Positions 53,824 to 62,571 of a stretch of 64,000 bases of DNA are shown here, piece after piece (position 1 is the stretch's first letter; each line of letters opens with the position of its first letter). The translations under genes and the position numbers were made by a program. The notes beneath the pieces were generated by a model, which made no database searches, was not told the DNA's origin, and saw only the letters and a program-made list of their open reading frames with translations. Source of the DNA: Thermoflexus hugenholtzii JAD2 (GTDB lineage: Bacteria > Chloroflexota > Chloroflexia > Chloroflexales > Roseiflexaceae); assembly GCA_945881915.1 (NCBI GenBank), contig CAMCVW010000002.1, positions 84,676-148,675 of the forward strand, read 5' to 3'.

Positions 53824-55238
53824 TATTGCCTACCTGTGAGCGATAGGTTCGTGACTTCAGCGAGGTAATTCACACCATCTGCTTCGATACGCAGAACCTG
53901 TATGTAGCGGGCGGTTTTCAGGTATTCGTCTTCACGGAGATCCAAATCGAGTTTGTACCAACGGTAGAGTGGCAGTGCCCGGTAGAGTGTGTCCCCTGTT
54001 TCTTGTTGTGCAACAGTTTTGCCAGTGGTCGGGTACAGACAAATAGTGCGTTCTTGTTGTTGGTCGGCAGGACTGATGAACTTGTATACGAGCTGGAATT
54101 TAATCGGGCAAGATTCACTTGCAGCCACAGCGGTCGAGCTCTGTTGGGCGAGCAACCGTACCCAAGCGGTCAAGCGTAATGAGGTAAATTCTGACACATC
54201 TGCATCGACATACTGTTCGACTCCAATTGCGAAGTTGTGTACCTGAATTCCAGAGCGTTGCAGACGCAACACATGAAGTTGTTTTTCATTTTTACAATTA
54301 TCTGGTCGTTCCGGACTGCAACCCAATACGACAACGGCTCGACCGTTCTTCTCTGCAGGCTTCATATCTGGGGAGCCGTCGCGGGTGTACACTTGCCAAT
54401 CCAAATCTCCGTTGCTCGTTGAATCGATACTGCGCACACTGCCCCACTCGGAATCGTTGACGATTTGCCAATTGGCGGCAATCGGCACTGGGATTGCATC
54501 ATTTCCCGTGATCACCACCATCTGGCGTTGTGCGATACTCACATTTTGCGAACCATTAGTCACCGTGGCACTGCCAGTTCGAACAGCAATCTCCATACGT
54601 TTGGTTGTTGCACCACCGGCAGCACCCTCGGACAACACACGAATGCTGTAGCTGCCGCCTGGCGTCATCCACACTTTGTTTCCCTGTGGAAGCGTGACGC
54701 TGTATTCAACGACGCGATATGGTTGGAAGTCGGCGACATCATATCGTGCGTAGCCTGCATTTTGTACGAGATTTACAATCTGCAGAGCATCCGTCCAGCG
54801 CGATACTTGGTACATCTGATATACGACATCTGTGCCTGAATCCTGCGCCCAGAGCTGGATGTGCGACGTATCTGGGAGGACCATTGATGCAACAGGACCA
54901 TATCCAGCCGCAGGTAACGTTTTGATGCGATATCCCGGTTTGAGTGGCATACACACATCGACCTCACCGTTGCAGGGATCGACTTCAGCAGGGAGTCGTT
55001 CGAGAGTGCTGCTACTCATGCTCCGTGGCTCTTGGTAGAGCACTCCCGTCGCAACATGGCTTCTCAGCTGGGCGCCATCGAGGGTTCGCATTGCTGCGTT
55101 GTAATTGGTATAGGCTATGCGACCCAACCATCCCAAAACAACCAATGAAAGCACGAAAAAAGTCGACAAAATGAGCCATGCGCTCAATTCGGCCGAAATC
55201 CACGATTTCACTTGTTGCGGTCTGCTCTCGTTCATCAA
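53823..55238 (-). CDS. Membrane-anchored extracytoplasmic protein, unknown function
   Basis: 471 aa with one N-terminal TM helix (LSAWLILSTFFVLSLVVLGWL). The remainder is beta-rich in composition. TAATG overlap with acpS. Confidence 0.6.
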   Translation of the reverse strand: MMNESRPQQVKSWISAELSAWLILSTFFVLSLVVLGWLGRIAYTNYNAAMRTLDGAQLRSHVATGVLYQEPRSMSSSTLERLPAEVDPCNGEVDVCMPLKPGYRIKTLPAAGYGPVASMVLPDTSHIQLWAQDSGTDVVYQMYQVSRWTDALQIVNLVQNAGYARYDVADFQPYRVVEYSVTLPQGNKVWMTPGGSYSIRVLSEGAAGGATTKRMEIAVRTGSATVTNGSQNVSIAQRQMVVITGNDAIPVPIAANWQIVNDSEWGSVRSIDSTSNGDLDWQVYTRDGSPDMKPAEKNGRAVVVLGCSPERPDNCKNEKQLHVLRLQRSGIQVHNFAIGVEQYVDADVSEFTSLRLTAWVRLLAQQSSTAVAASESCPIKFQLVYKFISPADQQQERTICLYPTTGKTVAQQETGDTLYRALPLYRWYKLDLDLREDEYLKTARYIQVLRIEADGVNYLAEVTNLSLTGRQ

Positions 55239-55266
55239 TAGAGTGGTGCCTTAAATGTGCGTCGGG

Positions 55267-56634
55267 TTAGTAAATTGGGAGGTACCGTTCGAGTTCCCAC
55301 GTACTCACGTGTTGACGATAAGACTCCCATTCATGCAGTCTTGATTCGACGAACCGTTCATAGATCAAGGGTCCGAGCGTATCTGCAATAAGGTCGTCTT
55401 TTTGGAGGGCTGCTACCGCTTCGCCGAGCGTCATTGGCAACATCGGATGCATGCGTGTACGCGCATCCATCGTGACCAAATCTTCTTCGGCGGCAGGTGG
55501 TAATGGTAATTCTCGGCGAATTCCATCGATTCCTGCACGCAGCATCACCGCATACGCGAGGTAGGGATTGCACGACGGATCAGGGCTCCGGAGTTCAATG
55601 CGCGTAGTCTGCGGACGATTCCCCAAAATTCGCGGTACGCGGACCAGTGCACCACGATTCGTGCGACCCCAGCTCGCAGAGACAGGTGCCTCGTATCCCG
55701 GCACGAATCGTTTATATGAATTCACCAACGGCGCCAAAACCGCTACCATACCCGGTGCATGGGCCAGCAATCCCGCCATGAAGTGTTTCGCCAGCGGGCT
55801 GAGTCCGTAATGGTCTTCCGCATCAGCAAATAGATTCACTCCCGTCACACTATCCACCAGGCTTTGATGGACGTGCATGCCGCTCCCATTGATGCCCACC
55901 ATTGGCTTCGGCATAAAGGATGCATACATTCCTTGTTGCAAAGCAAGCGAACGGAGTACTTGTCGCAACGTCATCACAGCATCGGCTGCTGCCATTCCAG
56001 ATTCGAGCTGCAGGTCGATTTCGTGCTGTCCGACTGCACCTTCGTGGTGCGTTGCATCGACACCGATGTGGAATGACCCGAGGGCGCGGACGACTTGACG
56101 ACGAAAATGCGTATATGTGTCATTCGTGGTATCGAAGTACCCCACCGAATCATTTGGGACGAGTATAGGCCGTCCATCAGAGTCGGCTTTAAAGAGAAAA
56201 AACTCAACTTCAGCGCTCAGTCGGTACACAAAGCCCATGTTTGCAGCCTCGTCCACCGCGCGCCGCAAAACACGTCTCGGATCACCGCCGTACGGTCTTC
56301 CATCTGGTGCGTGTACATCGCAGATGAGTCGTGCGGTAGGAATGTCAGATCCGCCTGTACTCGGGACAATGGCGAAGGTGCTTCGGTCTGGGATGAGGTA
56401 CATGTCTGTTTCGGCAACTCGGGCAGGACCATCCAACGCCGAACCGTCAAACCACACCCCATGGTCGAGGCAATCGGTAATCATGCTGACTGGTATGGTG
56501 ACATTTTTGAGCATTCCGGCAATATCCGTGAATTGCAAACTGACAAATTCGACGTGATTCTGCTGGATTTGTTGAACGACTTCGTCAATGTTCATGGCTT
56601 GTATTACCCCTTTCTCCCGAGATTGGGATGTCAT
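55267..56634 (-). CDS. glnA: Glutamine synthetase (type I-like)
   Basis: NGSGMHVHQSL and the beta-grasp N-terminus VEFVSLQFTDIAG. ATG 56634 forms an ATGA overlap with ftsY. The alternative start ATG 56595 (MNIDEVV) looks more like a canonical N-terminus. Confidence 0.9.
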   Translation of the reverse strand: MTSQSREKGVIQAMNIDEVVQQIQQNHVEFVSLQFTDIAGMLKNVTIPVSMITDCLDHGVWFDGSALDGPARVAETDMYLIPDRSTFAIVPSTGGSDIPTARLICDVHAPDGRPYGGDPRRVLRRAVDEAANMGFVYRLSAEVEFFLFKADSDGRPILVPNDSVGYFDTTNDTYTHFRRQVVRALGSFHIGVDATHHEGAVGQHEIDLQLESGMAAADAVMTLRQVLRSLALQQGMYASFMPKPMVGINGSGMHVHQSLVDSVTGVNLFADAEDHYGLSPLAKHFMAGLLAHAPGMVAVLAPLVNSYKRFVPGYEAPVSASWGRTNRGALVRVPRILGNRPQTTRIELRSPDPSCNPYLAYAVMLRAGIDGIRRELPLPPAAEEDLVTMDARTRMHPMLPMTLGEAVAALQKDDLIADTLGPLIYERFVESRLHEWESYRQHVSTWELERYLPIY

Positions 56635-57605
56635 TGCTCGCGTGCAAACAAGGCATCGACAAATGTCGTTGCATCGAAGAGAGCCAGGTCGGTCATCTTC
56701 TCACCCGTCCCCACATATCGGACGGGACGTTGGATTTCTTGAGCTATGGCAAATGCGATGCCGCCTTTGGCAGTACCGTCCATTTTGGTAATTGCAACTG
56801 CAGTCACATCCGATGCAGCCGCAAATGCTTTTGCTTGGAGAACACCATTTTGGCCCGTCGTAGCATCGATAACCAAGATGACTTCGTGAGGGGCATCGGG
56901 CATCTTGCGACGGATGATGTTGCGTAGTTTTGTCAATTCCTGCATCAGGTTTACCTTTGCATGGAGTCTACCCGCGGTGTCAATAATCACGACGTCACAA
57001 TCCGTGCTCGTGGCAACATCCATAGCGTCATAGACGACCGCACCCGGATCACCGCCCTGTCCGCGCGAAACAACCGGCACCCCTACCCGCGCACCCCAGG
57101 TTTCGAGCTGTTCTGAAGCAGCAGCACGGAACGTATCACCCGCTGCCAATACCACTTTTTGGTTCTTGTCGAGGTAACGATGTGCCAGTTTTGCGATGAG
57201 CGTGGTTTTACCTGCACCATTCACTCCTACCACAAGCACGACATGCGGTTTGGTCGTCTGCGAGAGAGGAACATCCTGATCCATCAAAATTTTGACCATT
57301 TCTTCGTGGAGCATCTGTTGTGCTTCGGCAGGCTCTTTCACACCTGCACGGCGCACCCGCTCCTTGACCCGCTTGACTAATTCAGTGGTCGTGTTGACTC
57401 CGACGTCTGCCTGTACCAATAAGTCCTCGAGGTCATCCCAGACCTGAGCGTTCAACGCCCCACCAAACAGCGCAGCAATCTGGCCGAAGAAGCTTTTTCG
57501 CGTGCGCTCAGTGGCAGTCGTGATCTGGGCTACTTCGTCAGCTGCTTCTGCTTCGGTGCGGGGGGCGTCGATACTTCGGCCAAACCACCGTTGAAAGAGT
57601 GACAT
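56631..57605 (-). CDS. ftsY: Signal recognition particle receptor FtsY
   Basis: GVNGAGKTTLIAKLA, DTAGRL and TKMDGTAKGG. Confidence 0.9.
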   Translation of the reverse strand: MSLFQRWFGRSIDAPRTEAEAADEVAQITTATERTRKSFFGQIAALFGGALNAQVWDDLEDLLVQADVGVNTTTELVKRVKERVRRAGVKEPAEAQQMLHEEMVKILMDQDVPLSQTTKPHVVLVVGVNGAGKTTLIAKLAHRYLDKNQKVVLAAGDTFRAAASEQLETWGARVGVPVVSRGQGGDPGAVVYDAMDVATSTDCDVVIIDTAGRLHAKVNLMQELTKLRNIIRRKMPDAPHEVILVIDATTGQNGVLQAKAFAAASDVTAVAITKMDGTAKGGIAFAIAQEIQRPVRYVGTGEKMTDLALFDATTFVDALFAREQ

Positions 57606-58720
57606 TACTTCCCCTTGACAGACAAACGAGCCTGTCGCGTCGCAGTCGCGACATACTCGACTTCGGCATCCGACAGCTCAGGGAAGTTTGGTAACGAAAA
57701 CACTTCCTGTGCTTGTTTTTCGGTAACCGGAAGTCCCCACGACGGAGCATATTGGGTGTATATGGGTTGGTGGTGCGTGGGCAAGGGGTAATGGATATCG
57801 GTCGTGACTCCTGCTTCCTTCAATGCGGCCATGTATGCATCGCGCATCGGTGTCTGGACAACATACAGGTGGTATACCGCAGCATATCCTGCAGGGGTTT
57901 GCGGTAACAGCAGGCCAGAATCGGCAAGTTGCGTGTTGTAATATGCTGCAATCTGTACGCGGCGCGCTGTACTTGCTTCGAGATGTCGAAGTTTGACCGA
58001 CAAAATTGCAGCTTGCAACTCATCGAGCCGAGAATTGATGCCCGATGCGACGGTCGAGTAGTATTTGCGTTCCCAACCGTATACACGCAGTTTTCGCAGT
58101 TCTGCATCAATACCGCTGTCATGGGTAGTCAATGCACCACCATCACCGATAGCGCCGAGGTTTTTGCTCGGATAAAAACTGAATGCTGCGACGGCGCCGA
58201 TGCTGCCGGCCCGTGCACCAGCCAAACGTGCGCCTTGGGCTTGCGCGACGTCTTCGATAACCGGTATGCTATGGCGTTGTGCAATGGCCATTATGGCAGG
58301 CATATCGGCCATTAATCCATACAGATGGACCGGCATGATGGCTTTTGTACGAGGCGTAATCGCCTGCTCGAGGAGAGCCGGGTTCATGTTGCGTGTATGT
58401 GGATCGACATCTACAAAAACAGGAACTGCACCAACCGCAATAATCGCAGCGGTGCCAGGGACTCCCGAATTCGCTACCGTAATGACTTCGTCCCCGCTGC
58501 GCACTCCCAGGGCAATAAGGCCGAGTTGGATCGCATCGGTACCATTCCCCACCCCGATACAGTAGGGCGTCTCGCAATAGGCAGCGAAGTCCGCTTCGAA
58601 CGCCTTTACTGAAGGACCGAGGATGTACGCACCACTCTGCACAACACGTTGCATTGCATCATCGAGCTCGCGCTGAAGTTCAATATATTGGCGCTTGAAA
58701 TCACCGAATGGTATCTGCAT
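57605..58720 (-). CDS. DegT/DnrJ/EryC1/StrS family PLP-dependent sugar aminotransferase (ArnB-like)
   Basis: MQIPFGDFKRQY.., GVGNGTDAIQL, and the PLP-lysine context FSFYPSKNLGA. GAGGAG lies 8 nt upstream. Confidence 0.85.
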   Translation of the reverse strand: MQIPFGDFKRQYIELQRELDDAMQRVVQSGAYILGPSVKAFEADFAAYCETPYCIGVGNGTDAIQLGLIALGVRSGDEVITVANSGVPGTAAIIAVGAVPVFVDVDPHTRNMNPALLEQAITPRTKAIMPVHLYGLMADMPAIMAIAQRHSIPVIEDVAQAQGARLAGARAGSIGAVAAFSFYPSKNLGAIGDGGALTTHDSGIDAELRKLRVYGWERKYYSTVASGINSRLDELQAAILSVKLRHLEASTARRVQIAAYYNTQLADSGLLLPQTPAGYAAVYHLYVVQTPMRDAYMAALKEAGVTTDIHYPLPTHHQPIYTQYAPSWGLPVTEKQAQEVFSLPNFPELSDAEVEYVATATRQARLSVKGK

Positions 58721-58823
58721 CGTTAGCGCTCCTCAGTGGAGTAGTTTGGTGACTCTATAGGTCAGTTATGATGAGTATACCAGATGAAGAAGACGCTCGT
58801 TTCTCCTATGGTGATTGCATCAC

Positions 58824-60590
58824 CTACGCCTGAACGACCAATCGATACCCCACGCCACGCACGGTCTCGATGCGCAAACCGATTGCACCAGCTGCAATCA
58901 GTTTGCGTCGTAAGTGCGACACATGCACCCACACATATTGTGTCGCTTGATCATAGCGATCCCCCCATACCTCAGTCAGAATACGTTCATGACTGATTAC
59001 CTGCCCCAGGTGTTTGGCGAAAAGCGCATACAACCGAAATTCGATTGGTGTTATGTCTACTTTTTCCTCGTCGCCTTCAATGGTCTTTGCCTGCATAAAC
59101 GCCACGACGTTCCCCACCCGAAGTAGTGGGCTGGGGGTTCGTACTACACGTTTGCGCAGCATCACATTCTGTACACGCAAGGCTATTTCGGTGGGGCTAA
59201 ATGGTTTGACCACATAATCGTCCACTCCGAGACGCAGTGCATCATGCAAATCATGTTCATTCCCACTGGCTGTCATAATGATGATCGGTGTCGATAACCA
59301 ATCACGTACACTGCGCACAAATTCCAACCCAGACTGATCAGGCAAGCGCAAATCTACCAAAATCACATCAAAATGCCTGCGTTCAGCTCGCTCCAACGCA
59401 TCACGAACAGAGGCAACTACCTCACACGTGCCATGAATATCTGCAAACGCATCGCTCATCATTCGTGGCAATAGCACGTCATCTTCGATGATCAACGCAT
59501 GGAACGACGGTACAAGTACGTGCGTTGCCAATGCACCAGAAGCAGCAATGGGTAGTTCGAGTGAGACGACGGAACCGTCATTCTGAGGTGCCGCGTGCAT
59601 CCAAATCGACCCACCGTGTGCTTCCACAAAATACTTACAAATTGCTAATCCCAATCCGACGCCACCCGATGAAGCATGTTGGTGTGCTTGATAAAAGCGG
59701 TCAAACACACGTGCATATGCTGAAGGTGCAAGTGGGATACCAAAATCCCGCACCGCCAACAACAGATTCCCTGTCGCGGGATTGAGTGGCCCAATCTGAA
59801 TCTCGATTGGGCTCTGTAATGCATATTTCACTGCGTTTGTGAGTATATTTGCCAGCACTTGCTCAATCCTGCCCACGTCCACAGAGAGCGCATGTGACTC
59901 GATCACGGTCACTGTGCATCGGGATTTCCAAATTTGATCGCGGTTGATGACTTTGTTGACCAACACTGTTGCATCAATCGGTTCGTGATCGAGGGTTACT
60001 CCGTCACTCTCGAGGCGTGATAGATTCAAGATATCTTTGATCAACACATCTAATCGCGATCCCTGCTGCCGGATGATTTCGATAGTCGCTTCGGTGTCGC
60101 CTCGATGGTGCAGCTTGTTCGATTGCAACATGTCCGTTGCGGCGACGATAGCCACAAGCGGGGTACGCAGTTCATGGCTAATCATGCTCACAAAATCAGT
60201 CTTCAGCCGCTCAAGTTCGTGGAATGGACGCATATCCTCCATAACCAGAAGGTACCCTGTATGTGCAATGCTGATGACTTCATGCCGTACCGGGATGCGT
60301 ACTCCGGCAATTTCGTGGACGATTTCTATTTGTTTGGGGCTGTGATTGTTTAACGCGTGTACCAAAGGTAATTCTGTGGGTGGGAACGGTTTGCCCCCTA
60401 ATGCGTAATACATCCCAGCTGCACAGACTGTCTGCATATCTGACCCACGGGCAACACCCGGGAGCAATATTGCTGCACGCGAATTTGCGATCAACACTTC
60501 GCCGTGTAATCCCAACAAGACAAATCCGAGCGGTGCACTTTCAAACACCGTAGACAAGAGTTCGTCGTCACTTTTGAGTTGTCGAAACAA
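58824..60590 (-). CDS. Hybrid PAS-HisKA-HATPase-REC-wHTH (OmpR-type) protein; probably the 3' part of a frameshifted larger gene
   Basis: H-box SHELRTPLVAI. G-box GGVGLGLAICKYFVEAHGG. Receiver ALIIEDD..VILVDLRLPDQSG..VVKPF. wHTH ITPIEFRLYALF..VRGVGYRLV. The frame stays open upstream to 60635 and there reads KHRRQQVALIIENIALF, a GAF-domain end. Confidence 0.8.
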   Translation of the reverse strand: MFRQLKSDDELLSTVFESAPLGFVLLGLHGEVLIANSRAAILLPGVARGSDMQTVCAAGMYYALGGKPFPPTELPLVHALNNHSPKQIEIVHEIAGVRIPVRHEVISIAHTGYLLVMEDMRPFHELERLKTDFVSMISHELRTPLVAIVAATDMLQSNKLHHRGDTEATIEIIRQQGSRLDVLIKDILNLSRLESDGVTLDHEPIDATVLVNKVINRDQIWKSRCTVTVIESHALSVDVGRIEQVLANILTNAVKYALQSPIEIQIGPLNPATGNLLLAVRDFGIPLAPSAYARVFDRFYQAHQHASSGGVGLGLAICKYFVEAHGGSIWMHAAPQNDGSVVSLELPIAASGALATHVLVPSFHALIIEDDVLLPRMMSDAFADIHGTCEVVASVRDALERAERRHFDVILVDLRLPDQSGLEFVRSVRDWLSTPIIIMTASGNEHDLHDALRLGVDDYVVKPFSPTEIALRVQNVMLRKRVVRTPSPLLRVGNVVAFMQAKTIEGDEEKVDITPIEFRLYALFAKHLGQVISHERILTEVWGDRYDQATQYVWVHVSHLRRKLIAAGAIGLRIETVRGVGYRLVVQA

Positions 60591-61729
60591 GGCAATATTT
60601 TCGATGATGAGTGCAACTTGCTGACGGCGATGCTTTCATGGATGTGTCCCTGCACGACGGCGACGGCCATACATCCCAGAACATTCCCCGATACTTCCAG
60701 CGAACGATATTCGAGTTGCAGTCCGGCCCAATTCGTCCGAACGAATTCCGAACCTGAGAGTTCTTGGTACGCAGGGTGTGGCAGCGATGATAGTGCATCA
60801 TCTACCGATGCCACGCACGTGAGAGGTAGACAATTCTCGAGCGATTCATTCATCCACAAAAATACTGCTGGAATGTTGTACTCAAAACGAATGGAATGCG
60901 CAAGCAACGAGAGCGGATCCTGAGCTTGCTGGAGCCGCGGGAGCATGTTGACGACCCGCTGACCAGATTCGAGGCGACTATTCAATGCTTGCAGTTCGCT
61001 GAGGCGTAGAACAAGTGTCTCAGATAACGCGTGCGCCGCAGTTTCGGCGGATATAAGGGCTGTATTCAGCCGTATTTGCCGATAAAATCCGACCGAAACG
61101 AGCACGACAGCTACCAATGCCAAAAACACGAGACTGCTATTTATGAAGATGACTTGGTTTGAAAAACGGGATATCTCATCACGTATTTCTAATTCGTGCA
61201 CATGTACGCGTGATCTCAACCCTGCTACTGTGGTGCGAATTTCATCGTACTTCTGACGAGTTGTACCCTGCGCAAAATCACTCTGCGCGGCTGTTAAATC
61301 ACCGTTTTCGACCATTGCTAATTGGTACTCAAGGTGTTGTTGGCGCCACTCAAGAATCTGTTGTTCAAGATTCGCCGCGTCTGCCGCAAGCATTCCATCA
61401 GTCTGCAGTGCAGTATGAGCCTGCAGTGACGTACTTGCCGCTTGCAATCGCTCATGGGCTTGGTCATACTCTTGGCGAAAAATACTATTTCTGCTAATGA
61501 GAAAGCCACGCGTTGCCAATCGCATTTCGAGCAATGACGATGTCACATCGCCGACATCCTCGTCGATGTCGTTGTATACGGTACGTTGCTCTCGCAAGGA
61601 ATTGACGGAATTTTCACGCCAACTCGGAATAATCAAGAGGACGCACAATATGATAAATACTGCTGCAACTGCGACGACAGTGAGCCGTTGCGAATGCGGC
61701 GTGACTTTGACCCAATGTGTCATACTCAA
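60491..61729 (-). CDS. CHASE3-type extracytoplasmic sensor, second TM helix and GAF-like domain; probably the 5' part of the same frameshifted gene
   Basis: TM1, then a helical sensor with the CHASE3-like motif LEMRLATRGFLISRNSIFRQEYDQA, then TM2 (LVFLALVAVVLVSVGF). The last ~45 codons (KLHSSSKILPCFDNSKVTT..) look like out-of-frame read-through overlapping the next ORF. Confidence 0.7.
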   Translation of the reverse strand: MSMTHWVKVTPHSQRLTVVAVAAVFIILCVLLIIPSWRENSVNSLREQRTVYNDIDEDVGDVTSSLLEMRLATRGFLISRNSIFRQEYDQAHERLQAASTSLQAHTALQTDGMLAADAANLEQQILEWRQQHLEYQLAMVENGDLTAAQSDFAQGTTRQKYDEIRTTVAGLRSRVHVHELEIRDEISRFSNQVIFINSSLVFLALVAVVLVSVGFYRQIRLNTALISAETAAHALSETLVLRLSELQALNSRLESGQRVVNMLPRLQQAQDPLSLLAHSIRFEYNIPAVFLWMNESLENCLPLTCVASVDDALSSLPHPAYQELSGSEFVRTNWAGLQLEYRSLEVSGNVLGCMAVAVVQGHIHESIAVSKLHSSSKILPCFDNSKVTTNSCLRCLKVHRSDLSCWDYTAKC

Positions 61730-62571
61730 TTCACTCGTACATGCGTCATATACCCAAATATCTCACCGCACATAGTAATCGTTTCGTATTCTCCTAATTC
61801 TTTGAGACCAGCCTCGATGACAGGACGCTCAAAAAATCGTTCCGGAATGTAGAGAAGGTAGATGTCCTTGCCTTTGAATGGGCGAAAATCGTATTCGTCT
61901 TCCGGAAACGAATTCGAAAAACGAAGGCTTTCGTTCAGATATTCAAACGACTTCCATGTCCCCGCATGCATATCGTTGTATTGTCCCACAATGATGACCT
62001 CTGTGTCACGAATGTTGTGTTCCTTGAGAAAACATGCCGCCGCTCCTGCGCGCTGCGTTTGCACATCTACACCATAGCGACACAGCAGTGCCATACGGTT
62101 CACATAGATTTCGGTATTGATTGGCGCAATAATCCCGACGACTACACATATCATTGCAAGTGCGACGCGCGTCGGTACTCGACGTTCCAATCGGCCCCAA
62201 ATCCATTCTAAGCCGATTGCAATTTGCAATACCAATACGGGTACAATCACAAACAATCGGTAGTGATAGGAGCTGATAGGGAGTGTGAACACCGCTAACG
62301 CCGTTATTCCTCCCCAGAACCAACCCAACACCAACATCCCGCGCCGTGTGCGGATTTTGAAATGAACAATAACCGTGCCTATCCCAAACAACACAGCGCT
62401 CACGAAATCAAGGATTGGCACATTCGCATGATAAAAATCAATGAACGGAGTGGTGAAGATAGCCGCGAATGCCATCTGGTAGAGGTACAGAACAAACTCT
62501 ATGACACTGATTTGATTCAGCAATGCCTCTTGATATATCCACCCAGACAAAAACGACCCATCTGTCGACAA
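61726..62571 (-). CDS. C-terminal part of a GT-C (family 39-like) membrane glycosyltransferase split by a frameshift
   Basis: It begins with TTG and continues TM helices (FVLYLYQMAFAAIF.., VLFGIGTVIVHF..) with no N-terminal features of its own. The frame is open upstream to 62583. Confidence 0.6.
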   Translation of the reverse strand: MSTDGSFLSGWIYQEALLNQISVIEFVLYLYQMAFAAIFTTPFIDFYHANVPILDFVSAVLFGIGTVIVHFKIRTRRGMLVLGWFWGGITALAVFTLPISSYHYRLFVIVPVLVLQIAIGLEWIWGRLERRVPTRVALAMICVVVGIIAPINTEIYVNRMALLCRYGVDVQTQRAGAAACFLKEHNIRDTEVIIVGQYNDMHAGTWKSFEYLNESLRFSNSFPEDEYDFRPFKGKDIYLLYIPERFFERPVIEAGLKELGEYETITMCGEIFGYMTHVRVN

